A stretch of DNA of 64,000 nucleotides, taken from NCBI GenBank assembly GCA_964016885.1, contig OZ024743.1:377766001-377830000 (forward strand). Direction: 5' to 3'. A program made the position numbers and the translations under genes. A model generated the notes under the pieces. That model was not told where the DNA came from. It ran no database searches and worked only from the letters and a program-made list of their open reading frames with translations. The number at the start of each line of letters is the position of its first letter. The stretch's first letter is position 1. Of this stretch, positions 39,061 to 51,708 are shown in pieces. The stretch is from Eledone cirrhosa (Eukaryota).

Positions 39061-39554
39061 CCAGCCATCAGAACCATGCCAAAAATGAAATGTATGAGCA
39101 AGACATGATTATTTAACATTAGGAAGAGCATCCAGCCATCAAAACCATGGTGAAAATTAAATGTATAAGCAAGACATGATTATTTAACCTGTCTAGTCTC
39201 AAATCATGGCCTAAAATTCAGCTTATTCCTGAGACACTGTAGACATATCTGTGTGCTCAAGGAGCTCCCTTTGCAACCACATCTTCAAATTCAATCCCAC
39301 TGTGTGGCACACTGAGCAAGTCTCTTAATATATCCACAAGTTGACCAAGGTTTTGTAAGTGGAACTTGAAACTGTAGAAACCAGTCATGCATATGTACTT
39401 GTGTGTATGTATCCCAGTGTTTAACTCTTTAGCATTTACATTACTCTATATTTTCTATTGTATTTTCAGAGTAAACACTTTATCTCACATAATATTGAGT
39501 CTACAAATGTGGTAGTTCTGAAATTTTGCGTCTAGAAATCTAGACTAAATACAT

Positions 39555-40290
39555 CTACTGATGAGGGAGGTAGCCCTAGGGCCGAGGACACCAGAAGTCT
39601 CCACTGCCAAGGGTACGACCGCCAACCTGTCGGAGAGTGACCGATATTTGGAGAGTTTGGCCTCCTCAGCCCGACTTGCAGCAGAACCTGGGTTGGTCGC
39701 AGACTGCACCAGGTTGCGGCTGGAGAAAGTGTCGGTGCAAGTGGCATCCCAGACGAGGTGTTTGCCACTGCAGAACGGGAAGATGGTCATACCATCTGGC
39801 CTTTTGCTGTCCCTTCCGTCCAGCCCCACCGACTCGAGCTGGGAAGGGAAGCCTGCAGCATCCAAGCCATGCTTTATGACCTCGCTGAGGGCAGCATGGT
39901 GTGGAAGGCGGCCGGCACCATGACGACAGGAAAGCGGGTGGAGGCCGAAAGAGTCCACGGTGGATCCATAGCAACTTTGGTGTGGCTTGCAGATCCGGAG
40001 GCCAAGCTGCAAGGAAATGCCGATACGCAGGCTATTGTTATCCAGCTGCGTGCCAGTGGAGAAGGAGGGCAAGGCATGGAGCCAGGCACTACTGTGGGGT
40101 TTGGAGGCCACATGAAAACAGGCAAGGCGATGCTGGCGTGTGAGCCACGCTGCACTGGATGGCATCCAAAATGCTTTGGGGGGACTTGACGTCTACTGGG
40201 CTAAGTCCCAGCCGGACCCACGTCTCACAGGCAACCTTACATTCCCTGATCACAGGGTTTTATTGTGTTTTGGAGAACCCTGCTGACAAG
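39555..40290 (-). mobile_element. CRE-clade retrotransposon 3' fragment (zinc knuckle + REL endonuclease)
   Basis: ORF 39545-40165 SAWLHALP...KRPDGMTIFPF...WDATCTDT...AEEAKLSKY...VPLAVETSGVLG. Confidence 0.88.
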
Positions 40291-40317
40291 GACGTGGCAT
40301 GAGGTTATCGATAGATA

Positions 40318-40756
40318 GTCTAGATATCTGTTCTGAAATATTTGGTCTAGATATCTGTTAGTTCTAAATATTTGGTCTAGATATCTGTTAGTTCTAAATA
40401 TTTGGTCTAGATATCTGTTAGTTCTGAAAGATTTAGTCCAGATATCTGTTAGTTCTAAATATTCAGTTTAGATATCTGTCTGTTCTAAACATTTAGTCTA
40501 GATATCTGTTCTAAATATTGTCTAGATATCTGGTTCTAAATATTTAGTCCAGATATATGGTAGTTCTAAATATTTAGATAGATATCTGGTAGTTCTAAAT
40601 ATTCAGTCCAGATATCTGTTCTAAATATTCAGTCCAGATATCTGTTCTAAATATTTAGTCCAGATATCTGTTCTAAATATTTAGTCCAGATATCTGTTCT
40701 AAATATTCAGTCCAGATATCTGTTCTAAATATTCAGTCCAGATATCTGTTCTAAAC
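40318..40756. repeat. 26-30-bp minisatellite (AGATATCTGTT[AGTT]CTAAATATTYAGTCY)
   Basis: About 15 tandem units starting where the CRE fragment breaks off. Confidence 0.9.
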
Positions 40757-41384
40757 TGTATCTTGTTAACAGGTAATCTGTCTACAAACATTAATTACTC
40801 TAAAAAACACAGACTGAGTTATTTGAATTGCAGTAACTTTTATTTTGTGTGGGTGGCATTTCAAATTTCTGTTTGCTCAAGTGTGGAATATTATTTCGTG
40901 ATTTAGGAGGTACAAAATGAGGCTAATTGGCTGTAATAAGTCTGTAGTCATACATACGTAATTTATTCATGTAAAATGGTTTATTTCCTGCACTATTCTA
41001 GTATTCATGTAATTTTCTTTGATCTTTCATACTTGTCTTTTTGACGTATTCTATTTGTTGTTGTTCAGTTCCAGGTCAACCCTGATTACGTAGGCCTATA
41101 AGCAAAGGCATTTCCGTTAGGAATATTCCACCTTTTTTCTTTTTTGCAGGGAACTAAAGATCACATTATTCAACATTTTTTTTTTTTTAAAGAGGTAGCA
41201 TGTTATTAGTGATATTTGGCTGTTCTTCCTAGCGATTCAAATGACAATGTAAGGCTCCCACTCACTCGTTGGTTTGAATGTGAGTTGTGAGAGTTACTGG
41301 TGTTATAACACCAGTGGTATTATGTAAGTTAGAATATAAAACAGAGTCCAAAAGAACTGATTTTCTTGATAAGAAGCTGTAAAA

Positions 41385-42175
41385 GATACAAAAACCACCA
41401 TACTGCTGTGGTATCTGTAAAAAACATTCTCTCAAAATTATAAACTACTTGCGAATGTATTCGTGAATGAATGAATGGTGAATTCTTCGCTTGGGAAGAA
41501 TTGATGTCCTGAGGTGGCTGTAGTGGTCAATCCTGGACCCTCAGGCTCTGGTACAGTTGATGCAAGTGTGAACTTGTTCAGTTAGTGGTTGGGTGGTGGA
41601 CAGCTTTCTTCTTTCATGTTTGTCTTCAGCTGGCTGCAGCTATTTTGATGGTTGCTCTCCATTTCTCTCTGTCTTCTGCCAGGTGTTCCCATTCCATGTG
41701 ATCAATATTGCCTTGGACCACCTGGCGCTTGAGTTGGTACTTGAAGCATTTTTGGAGAGGGGTCCTTGGTTTCATTTGCCTTGGCATCCGAGTATATTTA
41801 TACCATGGTAATAACCCACCACTGTGATATGTGGTAAACCATTCTCAAAATGATAGAGTAACTCAACCCTTTAGTTACCAACCCTATGAAAACCGGCTCT
41901 GGTTCTATGAAATAGAACCACCCATTTTAAAGGTTTCCAATTTAAATTTAAATCTTCCAACATAATTTTATATAAGAACCTTGCATTAAGTTACTATCTT
42001 AGTAATGAAATAATTGATAATTTTAGTAAATCCCTCAAAATTTCTCATTAACTAATTAAAATAGTGAGTATTTCATTAGAAATGCAGCCGAGAAAAGGTT
42101 TAACTGCTAACAAATATATTCATACTGGAGAAAACCTCTTCCACTGTGGTATCTGTGGTAAATCATTCTCTCAAA
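41385..42175 (+). pseudogene. Relics of a C2H2 zinc-finger array gene, interrupted by insertions
   Basis: 42121-42174 translates HTGENLFHCGICGKSFSQ; frameshifted CACTGTGATATGTGGTAAACCATTCTC at 41820 and TGTGGTATCTGTAAAAAACATTCTCTCAA at 41407. Confidence 0.65.
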
Positions 42176-42404
42176 TATATATATATATATATAAGGTTCT
42201 AAATATATATTTTTTATTCAATTGAAGAAAGTTGGTTGATTGAAAATCTGCCTACTTTTTCTTAACAGATGTAAAGCACGCCACGGTTTTTGTTCATCGG
42301 GAGTTTTATTATAATAAAAAAGAAAGACGGTTTCATTTGTACATCCCTATTTATTGATGTACAAGTGAAACTGTCTTTCTTGTTTATTATTATATAAATA
42401 TATC

Positions 42405-42980
42405 ATCATCATCATCATCGTTTAACGTCTATCTTCCAAGCTAGCATGGGTTTAGACAGGAATTGTCCAACTTGAGGCAAGATTGGTTGTCTCGCTCGTA
42501 TGGGACTGTCTGGCAGGTTTTCTACAGCTGGATGCCCTTCCTAACACCAACTACGTTTACAGTGTGGACTGGGAGGTTTTTACCGTGTTACCTACACGGC
42601 CACATTACAGCGTGGACTGTGTTTTTTTTTTGTCGTGACACCTACACGACCTCATTTATTTAGGACTTTGTGGTACCAACAACTTTACAGAGAAAGGGTG
42701 GGGGAGTTGGGGTAGTGGGAGGGGTGGTGTATATTTGATTAAGAGGTGCCTACTGACTGTAAGTTTCACTTTGTACTTAGGCAAGGCGGGTTTTCTGTAT
42801 TACTGCGTGATGCCAGAGATCTCGGGCCAGTGACATTGTCTTAGAGAGCTGTAAGTGTGTAAGGTCGGAATTTATCAGATCGTCCCAGGTTTTTTCTGGG
42901 TCTGCCTACTCTGTAACTTCCAACAATTTTGATCGCCCTGTACTTTTTTATACAGCTGTCGTCTTTCATGCGCATCACAT
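42405..42980 (-). mobile_element. RTE LINE 3' end; same family as 53515-55850
   Basis: Reverse complement of about 55240-55850 including the (GAT)n tail. Confidence 0.88.
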
Positions 42981-43961
42981 ATATATATAACTATTACCAC
43001 ATTCTATGTGTTCTTTTCTTTTATGTCAGCAGTGTGCTTTGAGAGAAATTTAGCTACTATTTCTAATAGGTTAAGTGACTATGTTAGTACTCCCTCATAG
43101 GCATGTGTTAGTTATATAATATCTCCCGTTATACAATGATTTTCTATTTATTAACCCTTTCATTATCATATTTCTAATCAAATATACTCTATTTCATTTA
43201 ATCAATGAAGAGTTTTGAGGAGTTTACTAAAATTATTATTTCATTACTTAACATATGTTTTTTTTATATAATATAATATTAGGAGGTTTTAATTGAAATC
43301 GGAACCCTTTAAAATGGGTGGTTTTGTTTCAAAGAAACTGAGACAGTTTTAGATGGGTTGAGATCAAAAGTCAACCACATGAATGAGTTTGCAAGACACT
43401 TAACTAGAATAAGTCAAGAATTATATAACACTGTAAAACCTCTGTGTTTCATAATGCTTCTGTATAATACACATTTAACCCTTCTGTCACCATAGTTTCT
43501 TCTCATTTAAGCTTTTGTTTAGTCATTCCACTTCAAATCAAACTTTTGAGTGTATTGCCTTGAAATAGCAGAGATGACAACGAATGGAGAGGAATCTTTT
43601 GCTTCTTGGTGTTATAATAACATGCACCCAGTACACACTGTAAACAGAAATAAAGGATAGGAAGAGCTCTTTAGTCTTGTGAAGGACATGACAACTTCTC
43701 TAGCACTAGAGGCATGATAAAACATCCAGTACACTCTGTAAAGTAAGTGATTGGTGACAGGCATCCAGCCATAGAATCCATGTTATATATGAAGCATGTG
43801 TTGTGAGACTCTGAATATGCATCACAGGCAACTTATCTAGGAGGGCAGTAACTTCAAATGTGTCTGGGGTTCTACTGCATGTTGAATAACATTCTCTTTC
43901 AATAAGGTGACTCACTAGAGTGATACGGTAAAATAACATAGTAATGTAACTCAGTGATGAG

Positions 43962-44270
43962 CAGGGTTGGATTTAGACCCTAGGGGGCCCTGGACACTTC
44001 AGTGTGTGTGGGGGGGTCATCATACACAAACATTAGAATACACAGCAACCCCCTCCCCCCCCCCCCCCCCAATTTTACATACCAAAGTTAGCTTGGCGCA
44101 AGTAATTGGAATTGAAAAGTTATACATATAGATATTAAATTCAAAAACTCTAACCTTCCTAAAACTAAAAAGCCCAGCTGAGGGCACAAATAAATTGCTA
44201 TGGCCATTGCTGATGGAGTCCCCTATTGCAGGGGGTCCAGTGCAATTGCCCCCCATTAAATCCAACCTTG
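43962..44270. mobile_element. hAT-like MITE; inverted related copy at about 48037-48322
   Basis: TIR CAGGGTTGGATTTA / TAAATCCAACCTTG and perfect 8-bp TSD GTGATGAG (43954-43961, 44271-44278). Confidence 0.85.
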
Positions 44271-47257
44271 GTGATGAGACACACAATAGTGTGACATAGT
44301 GAGATAACACACTTGACTGACTCTAGTGAGATGACATACTAATCTGACTCAAATGAGATGATAAAGTAATAGGAAACAACAGTGTAACACAATTATGTGA
44401 CATAGTGAGTGACACACTCAGCCTTGTGTCATCATGAAAATATTCTTTAACCCTTTAGCATTTAAACCAGCTATATCCAACCAGAATTCTCTCACCTCTT
44501 TCTCTTTAAACTGGCCATAACTGGCCGCTTATACCAACGTTAAGATATTCTTCTCAAAATAAATAATATCATCAAAATCTCATAGATTCGATATTATGTG
44601 AAATAAAGCCTGTACGGCAAAAATACAATAGTAAATATAGAGTAATGTAAATGCTAAATTGTTAATCTAAATTCTCAACAAAGATAAACTTGATGCATTT
44701 CAATAGAACAAAATATTTTTTCCTTATAATGAAGATTGTCTCAAAGTGGTGGTCACAGTGGATTGATTGTTTAGATACCAGTGACTATTGTTGTATCCTG
44801 GACATTCAGTTTCATTTCCTGGTTGTAACTATGTCAATATATCCAAGTCACTCTCTTGCGAAAATCCATGAGCATCCAAAAAGCCGCATTTCACACTTCC
44901 TTCTAAGAAGCTCAATATCAAATCATCTGAAACTGCCCATGGTTCTAGACTTTATTTTAAAGTGTTTATAATTTATCTAAAAAATTTCCATCATAATTTA
45001 TGCAAGAACAATATTAGAATTTGTTTTTTTTGCTCTAACATAGTGGATACATAATAGTTTAATAAGGTTGTTTGCTTGCAAATGAATCAAATATTATTAT
45101 TTGATATAAAACTCACAAATACATTTTAAGAAGTTATGCTCCAAATGCCTAAGGAATAATGAGTAAGTTATATTACTAAACCCCTACCAAATTTTTTATT
45201 ATTTTCAAATTATTTGGAAATCATGTGGTTGGTGTTAGAAAAAGGTACCCAGTCATAGAAAATTTGCCAAACAAAGAGTAGAGTGGACTCTTCAATTGTT
45301 CCAAAAGACATGACGACCACCCCGGTGCTGAGCCCACACTAAAATGCACTCAGTCAAGTGTGATTATCATCAGCTCAATTACGTACTGACTTGGTTTGTG
45401 ATAAGTCATACAGCCCTTCCTAGCAGGGAAAACAGACATTAAATTATATATATATATATTTTATATATACACATATATATTGTTTGAGTTCCTTGGACAA
45501 TGTACAGTATTTCTTTGAGACATGGTAGTGACTATGGATGCATGCCTCTACCTCTATTGCCACCACTGACAGACACTGAATAACTATTGGTAGCTTGGCC
45601 TGTCACCTGGAGACCCGCATAATAGAGAGTAGAATCTTCCAAATACATGGCATGACATGTAAAATGTTGCATTCGACAACAGACCCAGGCTTCGTTGCCC
45701 GACATGCTTACAAAATCCGAAAACAGTACAGCTCCCCTGACTTTCGGAAACATTTTTCATGCTCATAGTTACTGAAGCATGGAACAAACTACCTGCATCA
45801 GTTGTTAGCTGTTGGGACACTGCATCCTTTAAAACCTCCATGCTTCCTGAAATTCGCCAATACTACACCTGATATCCCCCCTCCATACACATGCACACAT
45901 GTATATCATGACTCGTACACTGTTTACTTTCCTGACATTTGTACATTATTCTATGTACTATACATGCACCTTTGACGAGTTGCAGTGCACCTAAGCACTG
46001 TACACAATAATTTCATTATTATTATTAAAATATATTTATTAATTTATTAACCAGCTTGAGGCTATTGTTGACAATGTAAGAAAACAAAGCTTAAGTTAAT
46101 TGGTGCCATACCTATCATTTGGTTTATAGCTCATAAAATGGTTTGATCACCTAATACAAATGCCAATTGGCTATCTAGCTATGTGTGGCTATAACACTAA
46201 GTGCTCAGACTTCAAAGCCAGAGGTGGACCACACTAGTAGTGGATAGACAGAGTCACAGACATGCCCCATACCCACAACATTACACTACTACAAGCCAAC
46301 CTTACACTTTGTGTGTGTGTGTATATCATGACTCATACACTGTTCATTTTCCTGACATTTGTACATTATTCTATGTATTATACATGCACCTTTGATGAGT
46401 TGTAGTGCACCTGAGCACTGTACACAATAATTTTTATTAAGATTATTTGCTGCAGCTCACCAACTTCACTCCAGGCCTTCCTGGTAGAAGTGCCTGAATC
46501 AAAAACTAAACAATAATAATAATAATTGTTTCTAATTTAGGCACAAGGCCAGCAATTTGAAAGGAAAGGGAAAGTTGATTAAATCGACCCAGTGCATTAC
46601 TGGTACTTTATTTTATCGACCCCCGTAAGGATGAAAGCAAAGTTAACCTCGGCGTGATTTGAACTCAGACCGTAAAGGGCCGTAACTCCATGCTTCAAAG
46701 CATTGTGTCCGACCCTGATTTCTTTATAAGCTACAAAGGATTGATATTAAGGATATCACAGGATGATGCAGTGTGCGAGTTTTTTGTAAAGAGTATAGCA
46801 ACAGAAACAACAACAAACATGTAAACATTCAAACAAAAATAAAATTACCCAATAAGGAGGAAGACTTTCAAGGGTCATTCACAAAGAAAGCCCACAAAGC
46901 CTCATGGACACGCTGACCGCTAGTGCAAATGCCCCCTCCCAGCTGTCCTCCTCAAATGTACAGACATAGTTTAAAAGAAGACGGAAAATAACTTCAACTT
47001 AAAATATAAACTTGATGATAGTGTCTGCCCACGAAACATTTTTTTTTTTTTTTTTTTTACCAAGCTGTTTACTATAAGAATGATACTAGCGTAGGTTATT
47101 TATTCACAACCAGCCAATTAATACTAATTATATATTTTTTTTTTTTTTATTTTTAAATTGCTTCTGTGTTTGTAATTGCATGTTATTTTTGTGAAGTGTT
47201 TTTTTAATAAATAGTAAAAGAAAATATTATTAATTGAGCAAAATAATATGTATATAG

Positions 47258-47305
<48 letters not shown>

Positions 47306-47306
47306 T

Positions 47307-47359
<53 letters not shown>

Positions 47360-47504
47360 TTCAAGAAACAAGTGAATTGGCCTCATATTCTAAACAAAGG
47401 GAAGGTGTATATTTGTAAGACAAACCATACGCTCCCATTGAAAACATAAAGGAAATGGTAAGTGGTACTTCATGTAATTAAAAACCACCCATCCTTTGGG
47501 AATG

Positions 47505-47530
47505 TGACGTCAGTATCGGGGCTATATTGG
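47505..47530 (+). promoter_or_regulatory. Candidate CRE palindrome TGACGTCA with overlapping TCAGT Inr-like motif and reverse CCAAT, upstream of the PLPP ATG
   Basis: TGACGTCA at 47505-47512, about 90 nt 5' of ATG 47599; motif match only. Confidence 0.3.
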
Positions 47531-47598
47531 CTGTGTTGTGAATAAAACATCAATGATTGAAGAATATAGAATCATTGTAAAGAAAAGACATTGACAAG

Positions 47599-47707
47599 AT
47601 GACAGCAACCAATAAGTGTGCAGCTTACTCTAACTTGTGCAATCCGAAGGACATCTTGGGATTGACTCCACTCAATCTGATAATCGATGGACTTATATGG
47701 ATTTTTG
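47599..47707 (+). CDS. Phospholipid phosphatase (PAP2/PLPP, wunen-like) probable coding exon 1 (MTATNKC...LNLIIDGLIWIF)
   Basis: AAGATGA start; ends G|GTAAGT in phase 1, joining the exon at 58729 in frame; a hydrophobic ..ID.. segment opens TM1 as in PLPPs. Confidence 0.7.
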
Positions 47708-48369
47708 GTAAGTATTTACAATGTAAATTTCATTTATATATATATAGTAAAATACCCAGCAAATCTACAGTCCTTGCCGGAACAGGTGTGACACATGGCC
47801 AACCCTGGCCAGATCTTCCCCCCATCATGGGCGACCTGTCTAACCCATGCAAACGTGGGAAAATGAACAGTAAACAGTGATGATGATGATATGTGCGTTT
47901 GTATGTATAATCAGTTCTGTGTGAGTGAAACACTGTCCTCTGACCTGATCTCACACAATGGGACAGCCTGTCCTACTCATGCTAGCATGGAAAATGGATG
48001 TTAAACGATGATGATGATGATGATGATGATGATGCACAGGGCCAGATTAAACGGGTTTGGTAAAGAGGATGATTGCCCCAGATTCCCTGCAATAGGGGAA
48101 CCCACCAGTGACAGCCATAGCAATCTATTTGTGTCCTCAGCTGAGCTTTTTAGTTTTAGGATGGTTAGAAATTTTGAATTTAATATCTGTATAACTTTTC
48201 AATTCCGATAACTTGTGCCAAGCTAATTTTGATATGTAAAATTGCAGGGATGCTGTGTATTTTTTGTGTATGAGGGGCTCCCTAGAGTGCCCCGGGCTTG
48301 CTCAAGATCTAAATCCAACCACATGTATGCATGTTCTAGTTTATTATTTTTTCTTTTAATCTCTCACTG

Positions 48370-48400
<31 letters not shown>

Positions 48401-48671
48401 ACCAGTTTGTAACATTAAAAACAAGACTCTTTCGTTGAAATCTAGACATCAACTAGACAATTATGTCTGACTGTCTGTATTTGTGTGTACATGTATGGAC
48501 GCCATGCCATTGCATATGTGGATCTGTCTGCTCATATACAGTCACAAGTCAAATATATTGATGCATTATTATAAGTAAATGGGGGCCCAGCCCAACCCCC
48601 TACCCCACCCCGTGGCCCCAGCAGACTAAAACAGGGAAGGCAACTCATATCGTTGTTTATTTATATGTTGT

Positions 48672-49057
48672 GAAGGCACATGGCTTAGTGGTTAGAGCAT
48701 TGGGCTTGCAATCAAAAGGTTGTGGGTTCAATACTCAGACCGGGTGATGTGTTGTTTCCTTGAGCAAGACACTTTATTTCACATTGCTCCAGCTTACTCA
48801 GCTGTAGAAATGAGATGATAGGACTGGGACCCCTATCATTCCACTGCAAAGTGGTCGTAGAGGTGCCACGGCAAAAATGCATCCAGCCTATACTATAGAG
48901 TGGATGTGTAGGCGCCACGGAAAAAAAGCACCCAGCACTCACTGTAAATGAGGTTGGTGTTAGGAAGGGCATCCAGCTGTAGAAATCAAGCCAGAATCAG
49001 TTCCCGTCCCACCCTTGCAAGCAGGGAAAAGCAGACATAAAATGATGATGATGATGA
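48672..49057 (+). mobile_element. CORE-type SINE flanked by an about 196-bp direct duplication
   Basis: Same family as 30543; flanks 48472-48668 and 49058-49253 are near-identical. Confidence 0.88.
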
Positions 49058-50039
49058 TGTCTGTATTTGTGTGTGCAGGTATGGACGCCATGCCATTGCA
49101 TATGTGGATCTGTCTGCTCATATACAGTCACAAATCAAATATATTGATGCATTATTATAAGTAAATGGGGGCCCAGCCCAACCCCCTACCCCACCCCGTG
49201 GCCCCAGCAGACAAAACAGGGAAGGCAACTCATATAGTTGTTTATTTATATGTGTGTATATGCAGTTATTACATTCTAAATTTCTCATATTTTATAAACA
49301 TTTTTACAGTTCCATTAATCGACTGTATTTGTAATTTCCTAATTACCTAATTAGCTGCACTCTTTATAGTTTTGACATCCCAGCTTTTAAAGATTTGTAC
49401 TGAGGCAGTTAGAAACATATCCAAGTATCCCAATGACAATAGGTACAGATCAAATAAAAATAGTCAAGGTGAAATATTTGCAGGTTCCTTATTAATTCAG
49501 CACATATATTCTCCTTTTCGTTAATTTTTAACACTATATTAACATCTGTATGTATGTATATACATATGTACATACATATGTACACATGCATGCTTGCATA
49601 TATATATGCATGCATACACATATGTATATATATAGATATGTATGTGTGTCCCAGGTTCAATTAGGGGTAACCACAGTAAGTAAGGTACTCAATGCATAGT
49701 AGAGTATATTAAACATAATATATATATATTTATGAATGTGTATGCATGTGTGTATGTATATATGTCTGATCTAGTCTCTTCCCACCATCATTGCGAAGTA
49801 TGTGAGGGATCATGGACAAAAGCAGTAATGCTAATCTATAGGATGGCCTTGCTCAGTATGTAGGAAAGGTGTAGGTAGGAATTCCATCTTCTGCCCCAAA
49901 TGCAAACTATTGGTACACAAGAGATGTAGTGGGATCTCAGGAAGCTTAGTTAAGAATGTAGGCTTTACATGTAGCAGCTACACTGGGACAGTAAGCAGCA
50001 AACAGTCACAGGAAACAAGCACTACCAAACTCTGGTAAG

Positions 50040-50857
50040 GCTCTGTAGAAACAATAGACAGCTTCTGTTACCTAGGTAACCGAATTAGTTCAGGGAGCTA
50101 CTACCACTGCTAGCTGCAAAAGGCTTTTCCCTCAAAATGAAAGGCAGACTGTATGATGCATGCATACGAACAGCAATGTTACATGGTAGTGAGACCTGGA
50201 CGCTGTGTGTAGAAGACATGCATAGACTAGAAAGAAACAAAGCTTGCATGCTCCGATGGATGTGTAATAGTAATATACACGAACAGCAAAGCATAAACGA
50301 ATTGAGAGAGAGACTGAGCATAAGAGGAATCAAATGCTGTGTGCATGAGAGGAGGTTGCGTTGGTATGGACATGTGATACATATGAAGGATGATAGCTGC
50401 ATAAAAAGGTGCAGAGCACTAAAAGTCATTGGAAGCCTTGGAGTGGGGAGACCCAAGAAGACCTGGGATGAGGTGATAAAAGCTGACCTTACCCAATTGC
50501 ATCTTTCAAAGGCGATGACACACGACTCGACTTCCCACGGGTACAAACCGAAGCTAAAATATATAGACAATATGACCCCACCCCCTCCCACTGCAAAGTG
50601 GTCATGAACGTGTCATGATAAAAAAGCACCCAGCCCACATTGTAAAGTGGACATGTAGGCGCCACAGTAAAAAAGCACCCAGTACTCACTGTAAATGAGG
50701 TTGGTGTTAGGAAGGGCATCCAGCTGTAGAAATCAAGCCAGATCAGTTCCTGTATGAGCAAGACAAGGTCACCCGACTTGACATTACCCACAACAGGACA
50801 ACCCATCTAACCCATGCTACCGTGGATGAATGTACGTAAAACGGTGATGATGATGAT
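50040..50857 (+). mobile_element. RTE LINE 3' fragment (related subfamily) with (GAT)n tail
   Basis: ORF 50137-50607 KGRLYDACIRTAMLHGSETW...RLRWYGHV...GRPKKTW. Confidence 0.88.
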
Positions 50858-50861
50858 ATAT

Positions 50862-51040
50862 ATAATATTGAAATGGCTTCTATAGGACTAGAACCGTTTC
50901 ATTCGAAGGAAATCATGTGGATGATTTCCTTCAAATGAAACAGTTCTAGTCATATAGAAGCCATTTCTATATTAAATATTTATAATCTTCTATGTATTGA
51001 GTACCTTACCTACTGTGATTACCCCCCGATTGAACCCGAC
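50862..51040 (+). mobile_element. Fold-back element E (hairpin with 4-nt loop plus tail); shorter relative at 53318-53463, tail-only copy at 49650-49715(-)
   Basis: AATATTGAAATGGCTTCTATAGGACTAGAACCGTTTCATTCGAAGGAAATCAT-gtgg-ATGATTTCCTTCAAATGAAACAGTTCTAGTCATATAGAAGCCATTTCTATATT. Confidence 0.7.
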
Positions 51041-51370
51041 ACACACACACATATATATATAAATAAGAAAGATCCCAGACATCATTCACATACCAAGTGG
51101 TGTTGAACTATTCATATTGATCTAAGGAAACTATGTTTCCATTGGTATTTCCTTTGGAGATACTATCTATTGGTGAAAACTCCTAGCAGAAAGAGTAGGA
51201 TGAGATAAAGGAATGTATATTGTGTATAAATATGGGAATTTGGTGGGAATTTAGTGATATATGTTGTATAGACATAAAATGTTTAATTTCCAATCAAGAA
51301 CAGCTGTAACACTAACACAAAAAATATGAGAGAAATAACCATACAGACATCAACATATATATATATATAT

Positions 51371-51691
51371 ATATTATAGATAACGAGGAATAAGTGATGC
51401 ATCAAAACGCAATTTATTAACATATTATATATGTTTCTCCAACGATCAGCTCAAGGCAGGATCTATTATAGATCGAACCTGACTCTGCATTCACAAGTTC
51501 CTCAGATATGTTTAGCGTTTTCAAACCATTTCATCTGAACTGATCGTCAGAGAAACATATGTTATATATTAATAAATTGTGTTTTGATGCATCACTGATT
51601 CCTCGTTATCTATAATAATATACTCTGCTCTGCACGAGCATCGAGTGCTCAAATGGCATACCGCCTATGGTCGAATTTATTGCAACCATAC
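51371..51691 (+). mobile_element. Fold-back element D (about 82-bp arms, 3' half hammerhead GAAAC-ATAT-GTT, tail)
   Basis: 51371-51452 is the reverse complement of about 51536-51618; flanked by (TA)n. Confidence 0.7.
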
Positions 51692-51708
51692 TATATATAT
51701 ATATATAT

